64,000 bases of DNA. Origin: Eledone cirrhosa. Its lineage: Eukaryota. The notes beneath the pieces were generated by a model that had not been told where the DNA came from, did no database searches, and saw nothing but the letters and a program-made list of their open reading frames with translations. The position numbers were made by a program, and so were the translations under genes. Position 1 is the first letter of the stretch. Each line of letters starts with the position of its first letter. The DNA lies in contig OZ024740.1 in NCBI GenBank assembly GCA_964016885.1, forward strand, positions 123,752,001 through 123,816,000, given 5' to 3'. Positions 26,209-40,160 of the stretch are shown one piece after another.

Positions 26209-27352
26209 AAACAAAAAAGACAGTTATTTTAGTTCATCCCTATGTATTTTATTATACATATTTCATTGATGTATGTCTTATGTATAACATAAGTCAAAAC
26301 ATATTCTATTCAGATAAACTCCTCAGGAGATGTAGATATCATTTGATATGCAGGTGATCAGACGAGCTATTCAGTTCAGTGGCCGGCAAGCATATGCCTG
26401 GAAAAAACCTCCACACAAAATATATTGTATGAGTGGGAAAAGTATTACAGTTGGTGTTGCCATTTTTGAACTGGTTAGAATATGAGGTTACTTCTTCTTC
26501 TTCTTCTTCGGTCAAGGTTAGACACATTTTCTCCAATCGTCCTGATCGAGCATGACATTTCTCAGTTTATCGATGTTATCAATGTTGGCATCTTTCAGAA
26601 GGGTATCAATGAATGAGATGGTTTCCAGAGCACAAGTTGAGATGCTATCTCTTCTGGATGACGGATGCAGTGCCCAGCCAGTTTCATTCGTCTGCAGGCA
26701 ACCTTTTTTGAGACAGGTGGTAGTGATCTGTATAGTTCCTTATTTGTCAGCTTCTGTTTCCAAGAAATATTGACAACCATTCTGAACATCCTCATGTATC
26801 CTCCGTCAAGTCTCTTGCACAGCACTTTGTCAACAGTCCACATTTCACTGCTGTAAAGCGGTACGGACTCAACAGTTGCTAGGTTAATATGAGGTAAGTG
26901 GATCGGTCAAATAGATAAAAAGAAAACAAGAATGGGCTGTTAGTCTGTTTATTTATCACATATGTTAGATTAAATTAGATACTATATCGAAATTTTTGAT
27001 ATTTATTCAAAGATGCTGAAGTAATAATGTAATTGGCTTTTGTTTTCTTTTTATCTATTTGACTGATCCGGTAATTTCATATTCTAACCAGTTCAAAAAC
27101 GTCAACACCAACTGTAATATTTTCCCCACTCATACAGTATCTTTTGTGTGGAAGTTTTTTCCAGGTATATGCTTGCCGGCCACTGAACGGAATAGCTCGT
27201 CTGATCACCTGCATAACAAATGATATCTACATCTCCTGTGAATTTTATCTGAAGAGAACATGTGTTGACTTATGTTATACATAAGCCATAGATCTTTGAA
27301 ATACATATAAAAAACAAATAGGGATGGATTAAAGTAACTGTCTTTTTTGTTT
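26209..27352 (+). mobile_element. Large fold-back element (~320 bp arms) with hammerhead, interrupted by an RTE insertion
   Basis: 26209-26490 plus 26886-26930 invert to ~27040-27352; right arm ttttat CTGAAGA ...gacttatg-ttata-cataag... GAAA tacata TA. Confidence 0.85.
26491..26885 (-). mobile_element. 5'-truncated RTE fragment with (GAA)n tail and target-site duplication
   Basis: ORF 26595-26843 (LDGGYMRM..ISWKQK..RRMKLAGHCIRH); aatatgaggt duplicated at 26479 and 26886. Confidence 0.85.
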
Positions 27353-27646
27353 GGCCCGAGTGAATATGTGCCTGTAAATTGTAGGTGGAAAACTGGGAGA
27401 GGGCACTTGCTCTGGTGGTCAGGGTCACCATGGCTTGTTTTAATGAGCTTTCTCCATGATGGCTTTCGGAAGTCTCCTCCCTATTGGGGAATTTTTCATT
27501 GTTCTTTTTTTGTTACATCCTCTGTTTTTTGTTTTTTTTACATGCAGAAATGCCCATTTGTACCGTCCTGTATTGTTCTGTACTGTCCCTAATGTCTTAC
27601 TTTGTGTAAACCCTTGTGATTAATAAAAAAAGCATTATTATTATTA

Positions 27647-30600
27647 CAGTTGCATTTATCTTGCTTTATGTTCATACGAGTTATCACCAAGTCACAACCA
27701 GTGATCTCAAGAGACAACAAGGTCCGCCATGTTCAAGAAAGAACATACATACTCACACATGCATCTTTAGTGTTTAGACTTGTGATGTACTTATATTGAC
27801 AGAATCTTCCTTAGTATATGGGCAGTTCCCATTAGTACTATCTTTTGTATTTCTCCTATACGCGGGTTTCATGGGATTTGCGATAAGTAATCATTAGACC
27901 CCTTAGGTATCATTCCCAGAGTGCCCACAACCACTGGTATTGTTTTAGTACTCAATTTCCACATTTTTCCAATTTCTATCTCCAGGTCCTTATACTTGCT
28001 CAATTTTTCAAATGTTTTTATAGATACATTCTTGTCTATTGGAACGGACATATCAATTAGCAGGCATACCCTCTTTTTAAAGTCCTTCAATATTATATCA
28101 GGTCTATTTGCATCTATTTTTCGGTCTATTTAGATGCTAAAGTTCCACAAGATTGAGATGTGATCTTTTTCAAGTATGGGAAGTGGTTGATGCTCCCACC
28201 AATTATTTTGATGGGGCAGGTCAAAATGCTTACACATTATCCAATGTATGTATTGCGCAGCTCTGTCATGCCTGTTTAGGTATTCGGTTGGAGCTATAGG
28301 ACTGCACATTGAAATTATATGGTCAATGGTCTCTGGTTGTTTTTTGCATACACGGCATAATGGGCTGCATCCATTTTTTTATTATGTTGGCTTGGTAACT
28401 TTTTGTTGGCAGACACTGATCTTGTGCTGATATAATCAGTCCCTCAGTCTCCGATTTCAGTCCAGAGGATGCCAACCACTGATGGGTTAAAGTTTTGTCA
28501 ACATCAGGATTGTTAGCTCGTTCTGGGTATTTTCCATACAGAGGCTTTTCTTGCCATTTCTTAGCCAGTTTCTGTAGCAGTTCTTTCTTTGCAGTTACTT
28601 TTACCTGCTTTGCTTTTTCTGTGTTTTCCATTTCAGCAGTAAATGGGACTTCTGAAATTTGTAGTCCATTACTGTATCTTTGTGCATCTTTTGTAATGGA
28701 ATATGATCTTTTGATGCTTTCGTGTTTCAAAACAAGTTTGATCATCCAATCATGTGATTCCCTTAGATATGTAGATAATCCAATTGTTGCAGTTTTCAAC
28801 GCAATGTCTAACTGGACTAACCCATGCTCTCCTTCTTTCCTAGGAAGATATATTCTATCTATATCTGCCTTAGGGTGATGCATTCTGTGCATGGTTAAGA
28901 ATTTTCGAATTTTTGTATCGAGCCTACGGATCTCTGTGCTTGACCAGTTGATGACATTGTAACTGTAGGTTACTACTGGTATGGCAAGCGTGTTTATGGC
29001 ATCAATCCTATTCCTTGCATTCAATTCCGTTCTTAAGATTGCTCTTACTCTGTGGTAACATTCCTTCCTTATCCTTTCCCTCATTGTCGAGTGCTTGATT
29101 CCGTCTCCTTCACAAACACCTAGATATTTGTAAGTTTTTTCTTGATCAAGTTCTCTTATCACGTTCGCCCGATCAAGATTAATGTCTGAACTCTTCAGCA
29201 GCTTTCCTCTGGTGAATGTTGCTTTGGCGCATTTATCTAGTCCAAACTCCATTTTAATGTCATCACTGAACTGCTCCACAGTGGATAATAGCCCTTGCAA
29301 TTGTTCATCATTTTTTGCAAATAGTTTCAGGTCATCCATGTAGAATAAGTGATTAATGTTTTTGTCATAGACTCTATATCCATGTTTTGTTTCATTGAGC
29401 ATTTTACTTAATGGTATAAGTGCGATGCAGAATAAAAGCGGTGATAAAGAGTCACCCTGAAAAATTCCACAATTAATATTAACTTCTCCAGCTTCCAGTG
29501 ATTTTGTTTCACTATTCAAAAGGAGTGTCGTTTTCCATGTCTTCATACTGAATGACAAAAACCTCCTGACAACGGAGGATATTTTGAAAATCTCTAAACA
29601 TTTTTCAATCCAACTGTGTGGCAAACTATCGAATGCTTTTTTACAATCTATCCAAGCAATTGATAGATTTTTGTGTCTATTATGACAATCTTCCAGTATC
29701 ATTTTGTTAACCAAAAGCTGATCCTTACAGCCATATGAGCCTCGTTTACACCCTTTCTGCTCAATGGGAAATAGGTCATTTGTTATCAGGTGGTCATATG
29801 TGTTTTCAGTTAGGACTGATGTTAACATTTTATACATTGTGGTCAAGCAAGTTATCGGTCTGTAATTTTTGGGATTGTTTGTCTCATCATTCTTCGGAAG
29901 CAGGAATGTAATGCCGTTAACTAGCCATGATGGTATCTTTTCTGGCTCCTTAACTATTTCATTGTAAAGTTGGGCTAACAGCTCATGAGACTCTGTGAAG
30001 GCATTTATCCAAACATTTTGTATTTTGTCTTTTCCTGGGGATTTCCATTTGCTGGTTTTTCTTAGAGCCAAGCGCAACTGTTCAACTGTTATGTTTTCCC
30101 ATATTTGTTCCTCAAGGTGAGCTGTATCTTTCATTTGTCTGTCTATCCATGGGGCATGTATGTTATGAACTTTTTCTTCGGCCCAGATCTTTTCCCAGAA
30201 TACTTGCACTTTCTCCTTGGGTGGTATTGATTTAGCAGTTATTGTTGACTTACCAATTTTTCTGTAGAAGTTTCTTTGGTTGTTTTTGAACATATTATTG
30301 TCCTTATAGAATCTAGATCGTTTTTCAAAGCGCCTTATACGAGCAGCTTTGGCCGACACTTTTTGCTTGATTATTTCTATCAGCATGTCTATGTCACTTG
30401 TTGATTTTATACTATACTTTCTTTTCAATTTTCTAAGTTTAGTTTGTTTAACATGTTCACCTACTTTATAGTTTGTTAAAATTTCTATGTCAGATCGGAG
30501 AAGGTTTATTTGGCAATTGATGTTCTCAAGTAGATTTCTTATGGGAATTCCTTTGTTTTTTTCATCTTCACTCCACATAAGTGAGTGGTGACTTTAGCCG

Positions 30601-31600
30601 ATGCATAATAGAGATGATTTAAATCAGTAATGTTTAGTTTGTTTGTGATGATTTTTTTTTTAGAATTATGTTAGTCTTGTGTATTATCTTTTGGTTCTGT
30701 TTGGAGTTCTGGATCTTAGGGAGGGTGTCTCATTTCCCCATGTCAGATTCTTTCATTTTCATCCATTCGATCATAATTTCATTCTTCAAGTTGGCAAGTT
30801 CATTCTCATTCATTTCTTTATCATTTACGATCTCATTATTTTCATTTGGAGTTTCATCTTGAGCATGCACTCCCCCCACTTTTTCGATCCTTTCTTTAAT
30901 TTGTTCTGTTGCCAGTGATTCCGCCACAACCCTGGGATTCGAAGTGTTACAATTTACCTCGTTTTCAGTGACACATGTTTCATTTTCCCTTCGCTGACTT
31001 TGTGCTAATAGCTTGATCTGATCAATTTCTATATCAGTTAGTAACTTTTTTTTTACAATATTTCTTCGTATATTGGCTAGTTTGTTACTGTCAATATAGC
31101 CTCTGTTTTCGGGATGTTTATTTTTCCAGTTGATATATGTCTGTTCTGTATTCGATGTATTTGATGGGTAGTACATGGCAGTGTAGAAAGCCTCAAGGAC
31201 TTCTTTATTATCTTCCCTTGACCATTTTTCTCTCTTTTTCTTTTGATTTCTTGGTGGTGAGCATGGAGGGCCAACAGTTGGAGTATTCCGGTTATGGGAG
31301 GTCTCCAGCTCCGAAGTGATGGGAAGGTTTGAACCATTAGCTGATTTTTCGACCCGAGTCTGGTTCCTCTCTGAGGGACGCGGCCCTTTTTTACCCGGGT
31401 GACGGCCGATCCGGTATGAGATTTTATCATTAGACATTTACTTTATTTTGTCACGTTTTATCCTTATCCACCAAGCGGTAATCATTTCGTGTTACCACTT
31501 CTAGAACGAGTGTCAACCAAGACTAGAGGGGTCGTTCTCCCCTAGAGACACGGCTATTCCCCGCCGGTCGCCATCCCGGTATTTCTTGGTCACGGGGTTT
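27647..31600 (-). mobile_element. Near-full-length R4/Dong-like non-LTR retrotransposon (RT + CCHC + restriction-like endonuclease), disrupted
   Basis: ORFs 30730-31437 (KWSREDNKEV..FY), 28323-30578 (NYRPITCL, QGDSLSP, YMDD), CRVCKKQPETIDHIISMC..RHD near 28350-28260, NRPDII..LIDMSVP..K..KY at 27869-28110; ends in (taa)n. Confidence 0.92.
28323..30578 (-). pseudogene. Reverse transcriptase segment of R4-like element
   Basis: 751 aa open segment with RT motifs; frameshifts/stops on both sides. Confidence 0.9.
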
Positions 31601-32087
31601 TCTTTTTTGTTGTTTTTTTAAATTGTTATTAGCATGAGTGGTTCCTTAATGTGAGCATTGCGTGGCTTAAGAATGAAATTATTAATAATAATAATTGTCT
31701 CCACTCCAGGCACAAGGCCAGCAATCACCCAGTGCATTACAATAATATAATATACTTTTTGCTGAAGTTGTTGGCTATGTCGGTGGTGGTGCTGGGGCTT
31801 TTCATATTGTTGGTGAGGAAGGGGGGAGCCAGCAGTGCCATAGTTGTTAACGTTTGGCCGGTGGCCAGGTCACTAAGTCAATCTATTTATATCTTTTGCT
31901 AGCCTCTCCCTTATCTAGTGATACCGCCACCTTCCCCTTTCTTAAGTTAACAGAGGAATAGTGGTGGTAGCAATGAAGGAGTGGTGGCGGCGGTGATGGG
32001 GTAGTGGTAGCAATGATGGATGGAGTGGTGGCGGCGGTGGCGTTGTCGTTACTGAGTTTTGTTGAGTGATTAGTTTTTTTTTTGATA

Positions 32088-32201
32088 TGTAGTATCTATG
32101 CGTTTGTGTCGCGTATGTTTAATATATGTGTTGAATAGACTAGTTTTGTTTGATCTGTAGTATCTATGCGTTTGTGTCGCGTATGTTTAATATATGTGTT
32201 G
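32088..32201. repeat. ~45 bp exact direct repeat, two copies
   Basis: tgtagtatctatgcgtttgtgtcgcgtatgtttaatatatgtgttg at ~32088 and ~32156. Confidence 0.9.
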
Positions 32202-32661
32202 AGATATTCCCGTAAAATTGCAATTAAACATTTTGTTAAAACTTGAGACAATAATAATAGTAATTATTATTATGATGCTGGGATTGGTGGTGGTGGTGGT
32301 GGTGAAATTGCCGTTATCTGGCTGTTATATTTAGTGTACACAGCGGGGTGATGGGGTAGGTGGTGTATCAAGTTTCTGGTGTTGGTGAAATTGCTGTTAT
32401 TTGGCTGTTCTATATAGTGTAGACAGGAGGAGTTTTCTTCCATTTATAACCATTTTCTTTTTTGAATATAAAATATATAATACAAAATTGAATATTTGAG
32501 CGATATAACAATATATTATGGATCCGAAATTTTATGAGACTTGATTCGGTGGCTTATGCATTATTTGTACTAAGAATTGTTATTTCACAATTGATTTAAA
32601 TATGTTAAAAATTAAAAACTTACGGGAGCGATTTCATGACCTTCTACCACCTCGTGCGTCT

Positions 32662-33024
<363 letters not shown>

Positions 33025-34807
33025 CGTTTTGTTTCTGATGATAGTCAATAGAGTACATGTTTGTCAAGGCTGGAGTTGTGTAACTGCTATCACTAGCTTT
33101 CATGCAGTACTCACTTGTCTTGCTATCAATAGGTATTAAGTGTAAGTATATCCCATTACCTAACAACAGTATTATCAATGACCAAGTAACTTTCTATTTG
33201 AACACTTGATGTGCTGGGAATAGCAGTTAAATCTGATTCACATAACATCCTATGTATTTTTTTAGACTGAATGGATAACTCAGCAAATGTGGTTCTAGAA
33301 AAACTATTTCTTTTAGAAGGGGAATGGTTCTAGCTGAATTGCCTTGGATTATTGGTTTGATTAGATCTAATCTGGGATCGAACAACAATTACTGTATATT
33401 CAACAAATATTGTTTTAATTTATAGTTCAAGTTCTCTAATCAACCCCCATGTGTGAGTCCACTATTGTCATATGTCTCTGATAAATCTCATTTGATTTAA
33501 ACTTACTGTGATTATACTTTTCATTGAATACATTCTATTTAAATTAATTAGTGAATAATTTTGAATTAAAATAGATTATTTTGTTACTAAGATAGAAAGT
33601 TAACATATATTTCTTCCATAAAATCATGTTGAAATATTTTGCTTTAAATAGGAACTCTTTAAAATTGAAGATTTTGTTCCATAGAACCAAGGCCGAGTTT
33701 GGCTGGATTCATATTAAAAGGTTTAAAGAGCTTGTTTTTCTCAATCTAAGCCTTGTTTCAATTTTCATTGCATGAGATTGCTGGTGTGCCACAGCCTGTT
33801 GCTTATAGGTTTAACCTATAATCTACAGGTATACACCACCAGATGTATATTTTACTCCAATAGGAGAGATTTTATGATTGCATAGCTACACAACTGTTAG
33901 ATCGATTAATACATAAATATAGGCAATGCAGTAATACTGTGAGAATATGACATGTGGTGATAATTAGGCTACCACAGTCAAATGTCTTACAAATGAGTTT
34001 AACAAGAAGACAAGCTGATATCACAGAAAATGATAAAAGAATTATGGCATTAAAACCAAATTACTTGTCAGTAATATTCTAGGTAATTAACTATTCCTGA
34101 ATCATGCCAATCATAAATTCATCTTCACTCAAGCCAATTCACTTTCTGGAGATAACTTTGTAATTTCTAATCAATGAATGTTGCTGTAAATGCAAATTCA
34201 AATTCAAACTTGGTTCATTTATGTAATATTTCAATTATATTAGAATAAAGTGAGATGAATGTTTTCGAAGAAATATCCTGTCTCTTCTACCTCAATATAG
34301 AGTCTGATCAACTTATTTCATATACAACAATCAACTAGATGTCAAGCTTTAGATATTGAGATTATTTTCTTAATTTTAAAAAAGATACTAACTTCTGGTT
34401 GCAAAATGTAAAAATAAAAATACAAAGTGGAAAAATAGAATAAGTTGTTTTTTGTTCTTTTTTTTATTACAAAGAATATGTTTTTTGCAACAAAATTATC
34501 AATTCTTAGGAAATTTAAGGTTTGCCTGCAAAACCTAGAAATGAAAAACGTAACATACTGATGTAATTCAAAATGTGAATGAACTATTCTGGAAAACATA
34601 CTTTATCCATAATTCTTCTACTAGTTTCAGTCATTTAACCACAGAAAAGCAGAAGTGAAATCACTCATAGTATGATCAATTATATACTACACCAAAGCTT
34701 ATTTTATAGACTGGTACTTGTTTTCATAGATATAGGAAAGTTAAAAATTGAGGTGAACAAGGATGAAATGAAAAAAAATCTACACATTAATAATTCAACA
34801 AGATAAA

Positions 34808-35770
34808 CTTCTTCTTCTTCTTCTTTTTCTTCTTTTTCTTCTTCTTCTTCTTCTTCTTCTTCTTCTTCTTCTTCTTCTTCTTCTTCTTCTTCTCAAACAC
34901 TCCTACCAGTGGGTCCTGTCAGAACTGATTTGGCTGGATCTTCAAGCAAGACCAGCCAAGCTCTTGGATGTTATTCAACCATCTTGCTTGGAGTCTGCCA
35001 ATGGGTCTCCTGTTGGTTGGTTTGCCCATAAAATCTGTCCAGTGATTCTTTCCTGAGACATTCTGACCACATGTCTATTTTATCAGAGCTGTGATCTCTC
35101 AATTCGGAGAAGTAGCAGCTCTACCTTGAGTGACACTTTGATCTCTGAGCCATGCACTCTATTGAGTAACATTACTCTAAAGACCCCTCGGAAGAACATC
35201 AATTCGGTGGCTTGTATTCACGATCATATGCTTTCATTCATTATCTGTGACCATATGCAAGGGTTGGCATGAATATTGAATTGAAAACAGCGAGTTTGTC
35301 TTTTACATTTACCTTGCTTCTTCTGTTTAATGAATGCTGAAGCTAGCACATTACTGCACCAACTCCTGCAATTCCTACACTTAATTCAGCTTCCTACCTT
35401 CCATCACTCACAAACACAGCTTCAAGATACTTGAAATTCTTCACCTACTTCAGTAGAACTGCATTCACATGCAGGGTGCACTACACAGATTCCTTCATAG
35501 GACAAGTGTTGCAGTTTTTGCAGCACTGATTTTCATTCCAGCCATGCAGCACTTGGTATCAAAGGTATCAAGTGCATGTCGGAGATCACCCTCTGTTGAG
35601 TTAAGTAAAACCATGTCATCTGCAAATTCCAGCCAACTGATCCTACACCTGCCAGTCATGACACCACTTCTATCCTGGCTATGCATGTCAATCCTGTTTA
35701 GATAATTGGTACTAAATTGAAACCATTCAGTTTGGGAGTTGTCTCTACCAAAGGTGCATACTGTCATCTC
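34808..35770 (-). mobile_element. Decayed RTE fragment with expanded (GAA)n tail; related 3' fragment at 38542-38860
   Basis: ORF 35495-35767 has LEFADDMVLL..GMKIS..KT; (ttc)n 34808-34893 is the tail. Confidence 0.8.
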
Positions 35771-36580
35771 TCCTGTTCATTATTTTCATGAAAAAGATAA
35801 ACTTGAAGAACAATAACAACAAAATAATAATTCATAATTGCAGCAAAAAATATAGCACCTTGTACAAATGAACAAGATCATTGTGTAAGAAATAAAAAAA
35901 TAATTCATTACACACCTGTACATTTTCATGTTTGGCATTTATATGTGGTATTTTAATGTTAACCAGAAGAAACAAAGAAGTGAATAGGTGTTAAGGTAGA
36001 AACAAGATGTAGAAGTCATAGTGATTGATAAGAGCTGTGGAATGTATCTTAGAAGTGATATAAATCAATTGAAAATGGATTGTAAAAGCTACATTTTTAT
36101 GGAAAATATTAAAACTGAAATTTTAAAGATATTGTTATATGTTAGTCTATAAAAAGCTTGTTAGCTGTTTTGGCTACAAAAAATATATATTGTTTATTGT
36201 GGTTTACTCAATTATAGTATTGATCTTTCTTCTTATTAACTAATCAACCATGAAGTAAAATAAAATCTGTTATCAATAAAGCAAATTAAGGTAAGTAAAG
36301 TTATGCACAGAGCCACAGTATAATAGCTGTATTGTGATTTAAACACATGATAATTATGTCAGACAGCAAGTAACTAGTAGTGACAGCTATTGAGCTTTCT
36401 AATAAGTTAATCGTTAGTACTACCTTCTTTGGGAGACTACCTTTCATAGCTACCCCTATTTTTAGATTTCTAATCAGTGCTTCAGATTTGTAAAAATACA
36501 ATCATCAATACCAAAATTGGTATGCTGCTCTTCTTCATGTTTCACATTGACATCCTGTTGTATTTGCTAACTCAAACCTC

Positions 36581-36611
<31 letters not shown>

Positions 36612-36629
36612 TATATTCATTTGAGAATC

Positions 36630-36702
36630 CATACGTCTGATGAGCTATCAATTCCAGAGTCAGGCCTAATCGCTACCGATTGTGAAATGTGCATGGCATG
36701 TG
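36630..36702 (+). ncRNA. Degenerate hammerhead motif
   Basis: catacgt CTGATGA gc...gt GAAA tgtgca TG gcatgtg; cleavage-site base is G, so probably inactive. Confidence 0.5.
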
Positions 36703-37039
36703 AAAAAACTTAATGATGTTATATTAATACTTTGTTCCTGTTCCTTATTAATATTCTACCTGGTTTATTTACATTTGATCCACTGTAGTGTAAAGTCTCA
36801 GCTATCATGCTGGTTCTTTAGACCTACATGTCCAAGGTTGTCAAATGTACCTTGAACAGGGTGTGTCATTTAAAATTAGAATGTAAAGATCCAGAACAGA
36901 TATCACAATGCATCTCGTCTAATTTTCTGACAATTTCACCATTCCATTTCCCTGGAAGTATAAAATGCAAAGTTGACTTCAGTTATATTCGAAGCACTTA
37001 ATCCAATATTTTAACAACTCTACCAATTTGCCTCCTACA

Positions 37040-37170
37040 ATGTCAAGAAACAACTTTAAGTCCCTGGAAAGAACAGCACCTAAGCTCTTAAGGCCTAAAG
37101 AACAGAAGCAAAACTCAGATGCAGCAGAGAGCAGTTCTGGCTGGATCTGGTCAAGGAAGAACAAAAATGA
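37040..37170 (+). mobile_element. Possible HERO/NeSL-type RLE LINE C-terminal remnant
   Basis: DAAESSSGWIWSRK resembles the EAAE.AS.W.W.R terminal motif recalled for that clade. Confidence 0.4.
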
Positions 37171-38044
37171 TCTCCATACCATTTGTGAGCATTATGCTTG
37201 TATTTTATTGTATGCTAATGGCCGTAACTATAAGTCATGATTGAAGTGTGGGCAGTGATAGTGACACTGTTGACATCTCACCACTTCCATGACTACCAAT
37301 GTTATTTTTCTAAAATCAAGAGAGCATTTACATAAATGTTTGAAAGCAGAGGCAATGGAGAGGAGTCCCAGCTAAATCTTGTCAACAAAATCTCCATACA
37401 GTTTATATATACCACTAGTCTCCCATATCCAAATGGCTAAATGTTAACAGGAGGGCACTCAGAAATCATGAACTGGATGTGGCCTGGTCCCCCTTAGAGT
37501 GTAAGAAGTTAAAGGCTGAAATACTTGTTTGAGGTGGGGTTTCTTCTCCTAAGAGTTTCTTACTGCCATATGATAGAACATACACTGTCTCATATTTCCA
37601 GCGAACTAATATCTTATTTTGATCATTGCTTTATATACATCAGTGTCATTATACCATACTTTACTTAATAAAACCCACTTCTAAAATTCCTTAGTATGTA
37701 AAATGAATTGTTATTTTGATTATTATTTTTCAGAATGTTCAACCTCATTATTAGAGATGAAATTGTTTTTTATATTTAAGTTATTTTAGGTATGTTATTA
37801 CCAGATAAATGAATTCGTTTTGAAGGAATCAGGCTTAGTGATTAAGGAGATTGGCCCATAATAAAAAAGATTGTGAGTTTGATTTCTGGAAGCACATTGT
37901 GATATTTAGCAAGGCTTTTTATTTCATGCTGCATTTGTTCACTCAGCTGACAAATATGAGTTTTACCTGTAAATTCAAAGGACCAATCTTGTTACACTTG
38001 TGTCACACTAAATCTCACTGTGAACTACTATATATATATATATG

Positions 38045-38503
38045 CAATGTCACTGGACCGAGACCTTTGGCGGTACTCAGTAATAGAGAAGACCCGCCTT
38101 ACCTAAATACAAAGTAAAACCTACTACAGTCAGTGGGCATCTCTAACAAAATACACCCCGTCCCACCACCCCCACCCCATCCACACCGCCCCTTTCAATG
38201 TAAAGTTATGTTGGTGCCACAACATCCAGGCCAAAACAAATGAGATCGTGTAGGTGTCACGTCAAAAAAACATACAGTTCATGCTGTAATGTGGCCGTGT
38301 AGGCAACACGGTAAAAACCTCCCAGCCCCACACTGTAAATGTGGTTGGTGTTAGGAAGGGCATCCAGCTGTAGAAAACCCGCCAGATAGTCCTATGCGAG
38401 CAAGATAATCACTCTTGCCTCAAGTGGGAAAACCCCCGTCAAAACCCATGCAAGCGTGGAACACGGACGTTAAACGATGATGATGATGATGATGATGATG
38501 ATG
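38045..38503 (+). mobile_element. RTE family A 3' end
   Basis: Matches 57989-58440; (ta)n before, (gat)n tail. Confidence 0.92.
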
Positions 38504-40039
38504 CATATAAGCCATATATAAATCATTTGTATTTAACACACTTCTTCTTCAACCACTTATTCCTGCAAGAGTTGTGTGGGCCAAGTCTTCAAGCATGCCT
38601 TCTAGTAGGTCCTGTCTGAAACAATCCTCTACAATTGATCCAGCTGATTCTCCAAACAAAACCAGCTGGGGACATGGATGTTATTCAAAAGTCTTACTCA
38701 GGATCTACCCCTGGGTCTCCTGCCAGATGATTTTGCCTATAAAATCTATCGAGCGATTCTTTCCAGGTGCACTCTAAAAAATTGTCTATAGAATCAGAGC
38801 TATGACCTCTCAATTCATAGAAATAGTGTCTCTACCTAGAGCAAATCTCTGATCTCCGAGCAGTGTGTTGTGTTCTTGAGCAAAAGACTTCATTTTGCAT
38901 AGTGTTTCACGATAGAAGTAGGGGTCCTCCTATCATTAAAACACCCAACAAACTGACTATGATCTATAACCTGCTTAAATTTGAGCTGTAAATGTAATTC
39001 TTCATTTCAGTGAGCTAACTCTTCAGTTGAGTTAAAGACATGGCAACTTCCCTAGCGCTGTGGTCATGATAAAATGCACCCAGCATAGTCATTAGAATGT
39101 GAGAACTTATGCAAATGAGGTGTAGCTCCCAGCCCAGCTGAGCAACCAGTAGCTCCATTTAAGCACTCTTAAGGCCATTGATAACCTGTCCAACTCTTAC
39201 TAGTTGGGGAAAATGGATGATAAATGATGATAATGATAGTTGATCAAATGTTTATTAATGTCCTAAATTTTACTGATTAGGGAAGTCTAATATTTCTAAT
39301 CAATTAAACAAAGAATACAAATATTAGAAGCATATCTTCTTTAATAATAGAAGTTAGTAAATAAATTAATAAAGATTTCTTTCTTTCATATAATCAGTTT
39401 CGAATTACTTTTCGAAAATTGGAAGTAAATGTTAAATATATGAATTAATTAAAAAGAAAACAAGATTGTGTAATTAAAGCTATCATTATCCAATATTTAA
39501 AATTACATTGTGACTGGGCATATAATTTGTCTGGAAATATTCTATTTGGTTGACTGAATGAAAGGTAAAACCCGCCATTAAATGTTTTATCATACATACA
39601 TCCATATATACATCTATTCATGCAAATATATACACACTCTGTCTCCGTCTCTCTCTCACACACATATATATATATACATTCATACATTTTTGTCTTTGCA
39701 TACATACATGTTCACATACATAGACACATGCATAGACACATGCACACACACACACATATATTGTATTTATATCTTTATTAATGTTTTTTTTTTCCTTTTC
39801 ACTTAAATGAATTAAATAAATGTTAAATTAGATATAATACCCATCATTTAATTGGATAGTTGTTCGGTATTTATTTATTTATTTATTATATTTCTCTTAC
39901 TGATCATACTGTGAGTGTTTATTGCATTGGTATCAAATTATGTTAAATCAAACAAACAATTTTTTGCACAGTAACATTAACCAATTGAAATTTGTATTAT
40001 TTCTCAAAATGTCGTTTAATATTTATTAGATTATTTATA

Positions 40040-40071
40040 TTTTATTATTATTATATTTATTACCATTATTC

Positions 40072-40127
<56 letters not shown>

Positions 40128-40160
40128 TTATTATTATCTTTATCATCATCATCATCTTCA
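40040..40160. repeat. (ATT)n microsatellite
   Basis: Direct inspection. Confidence 0.95.
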
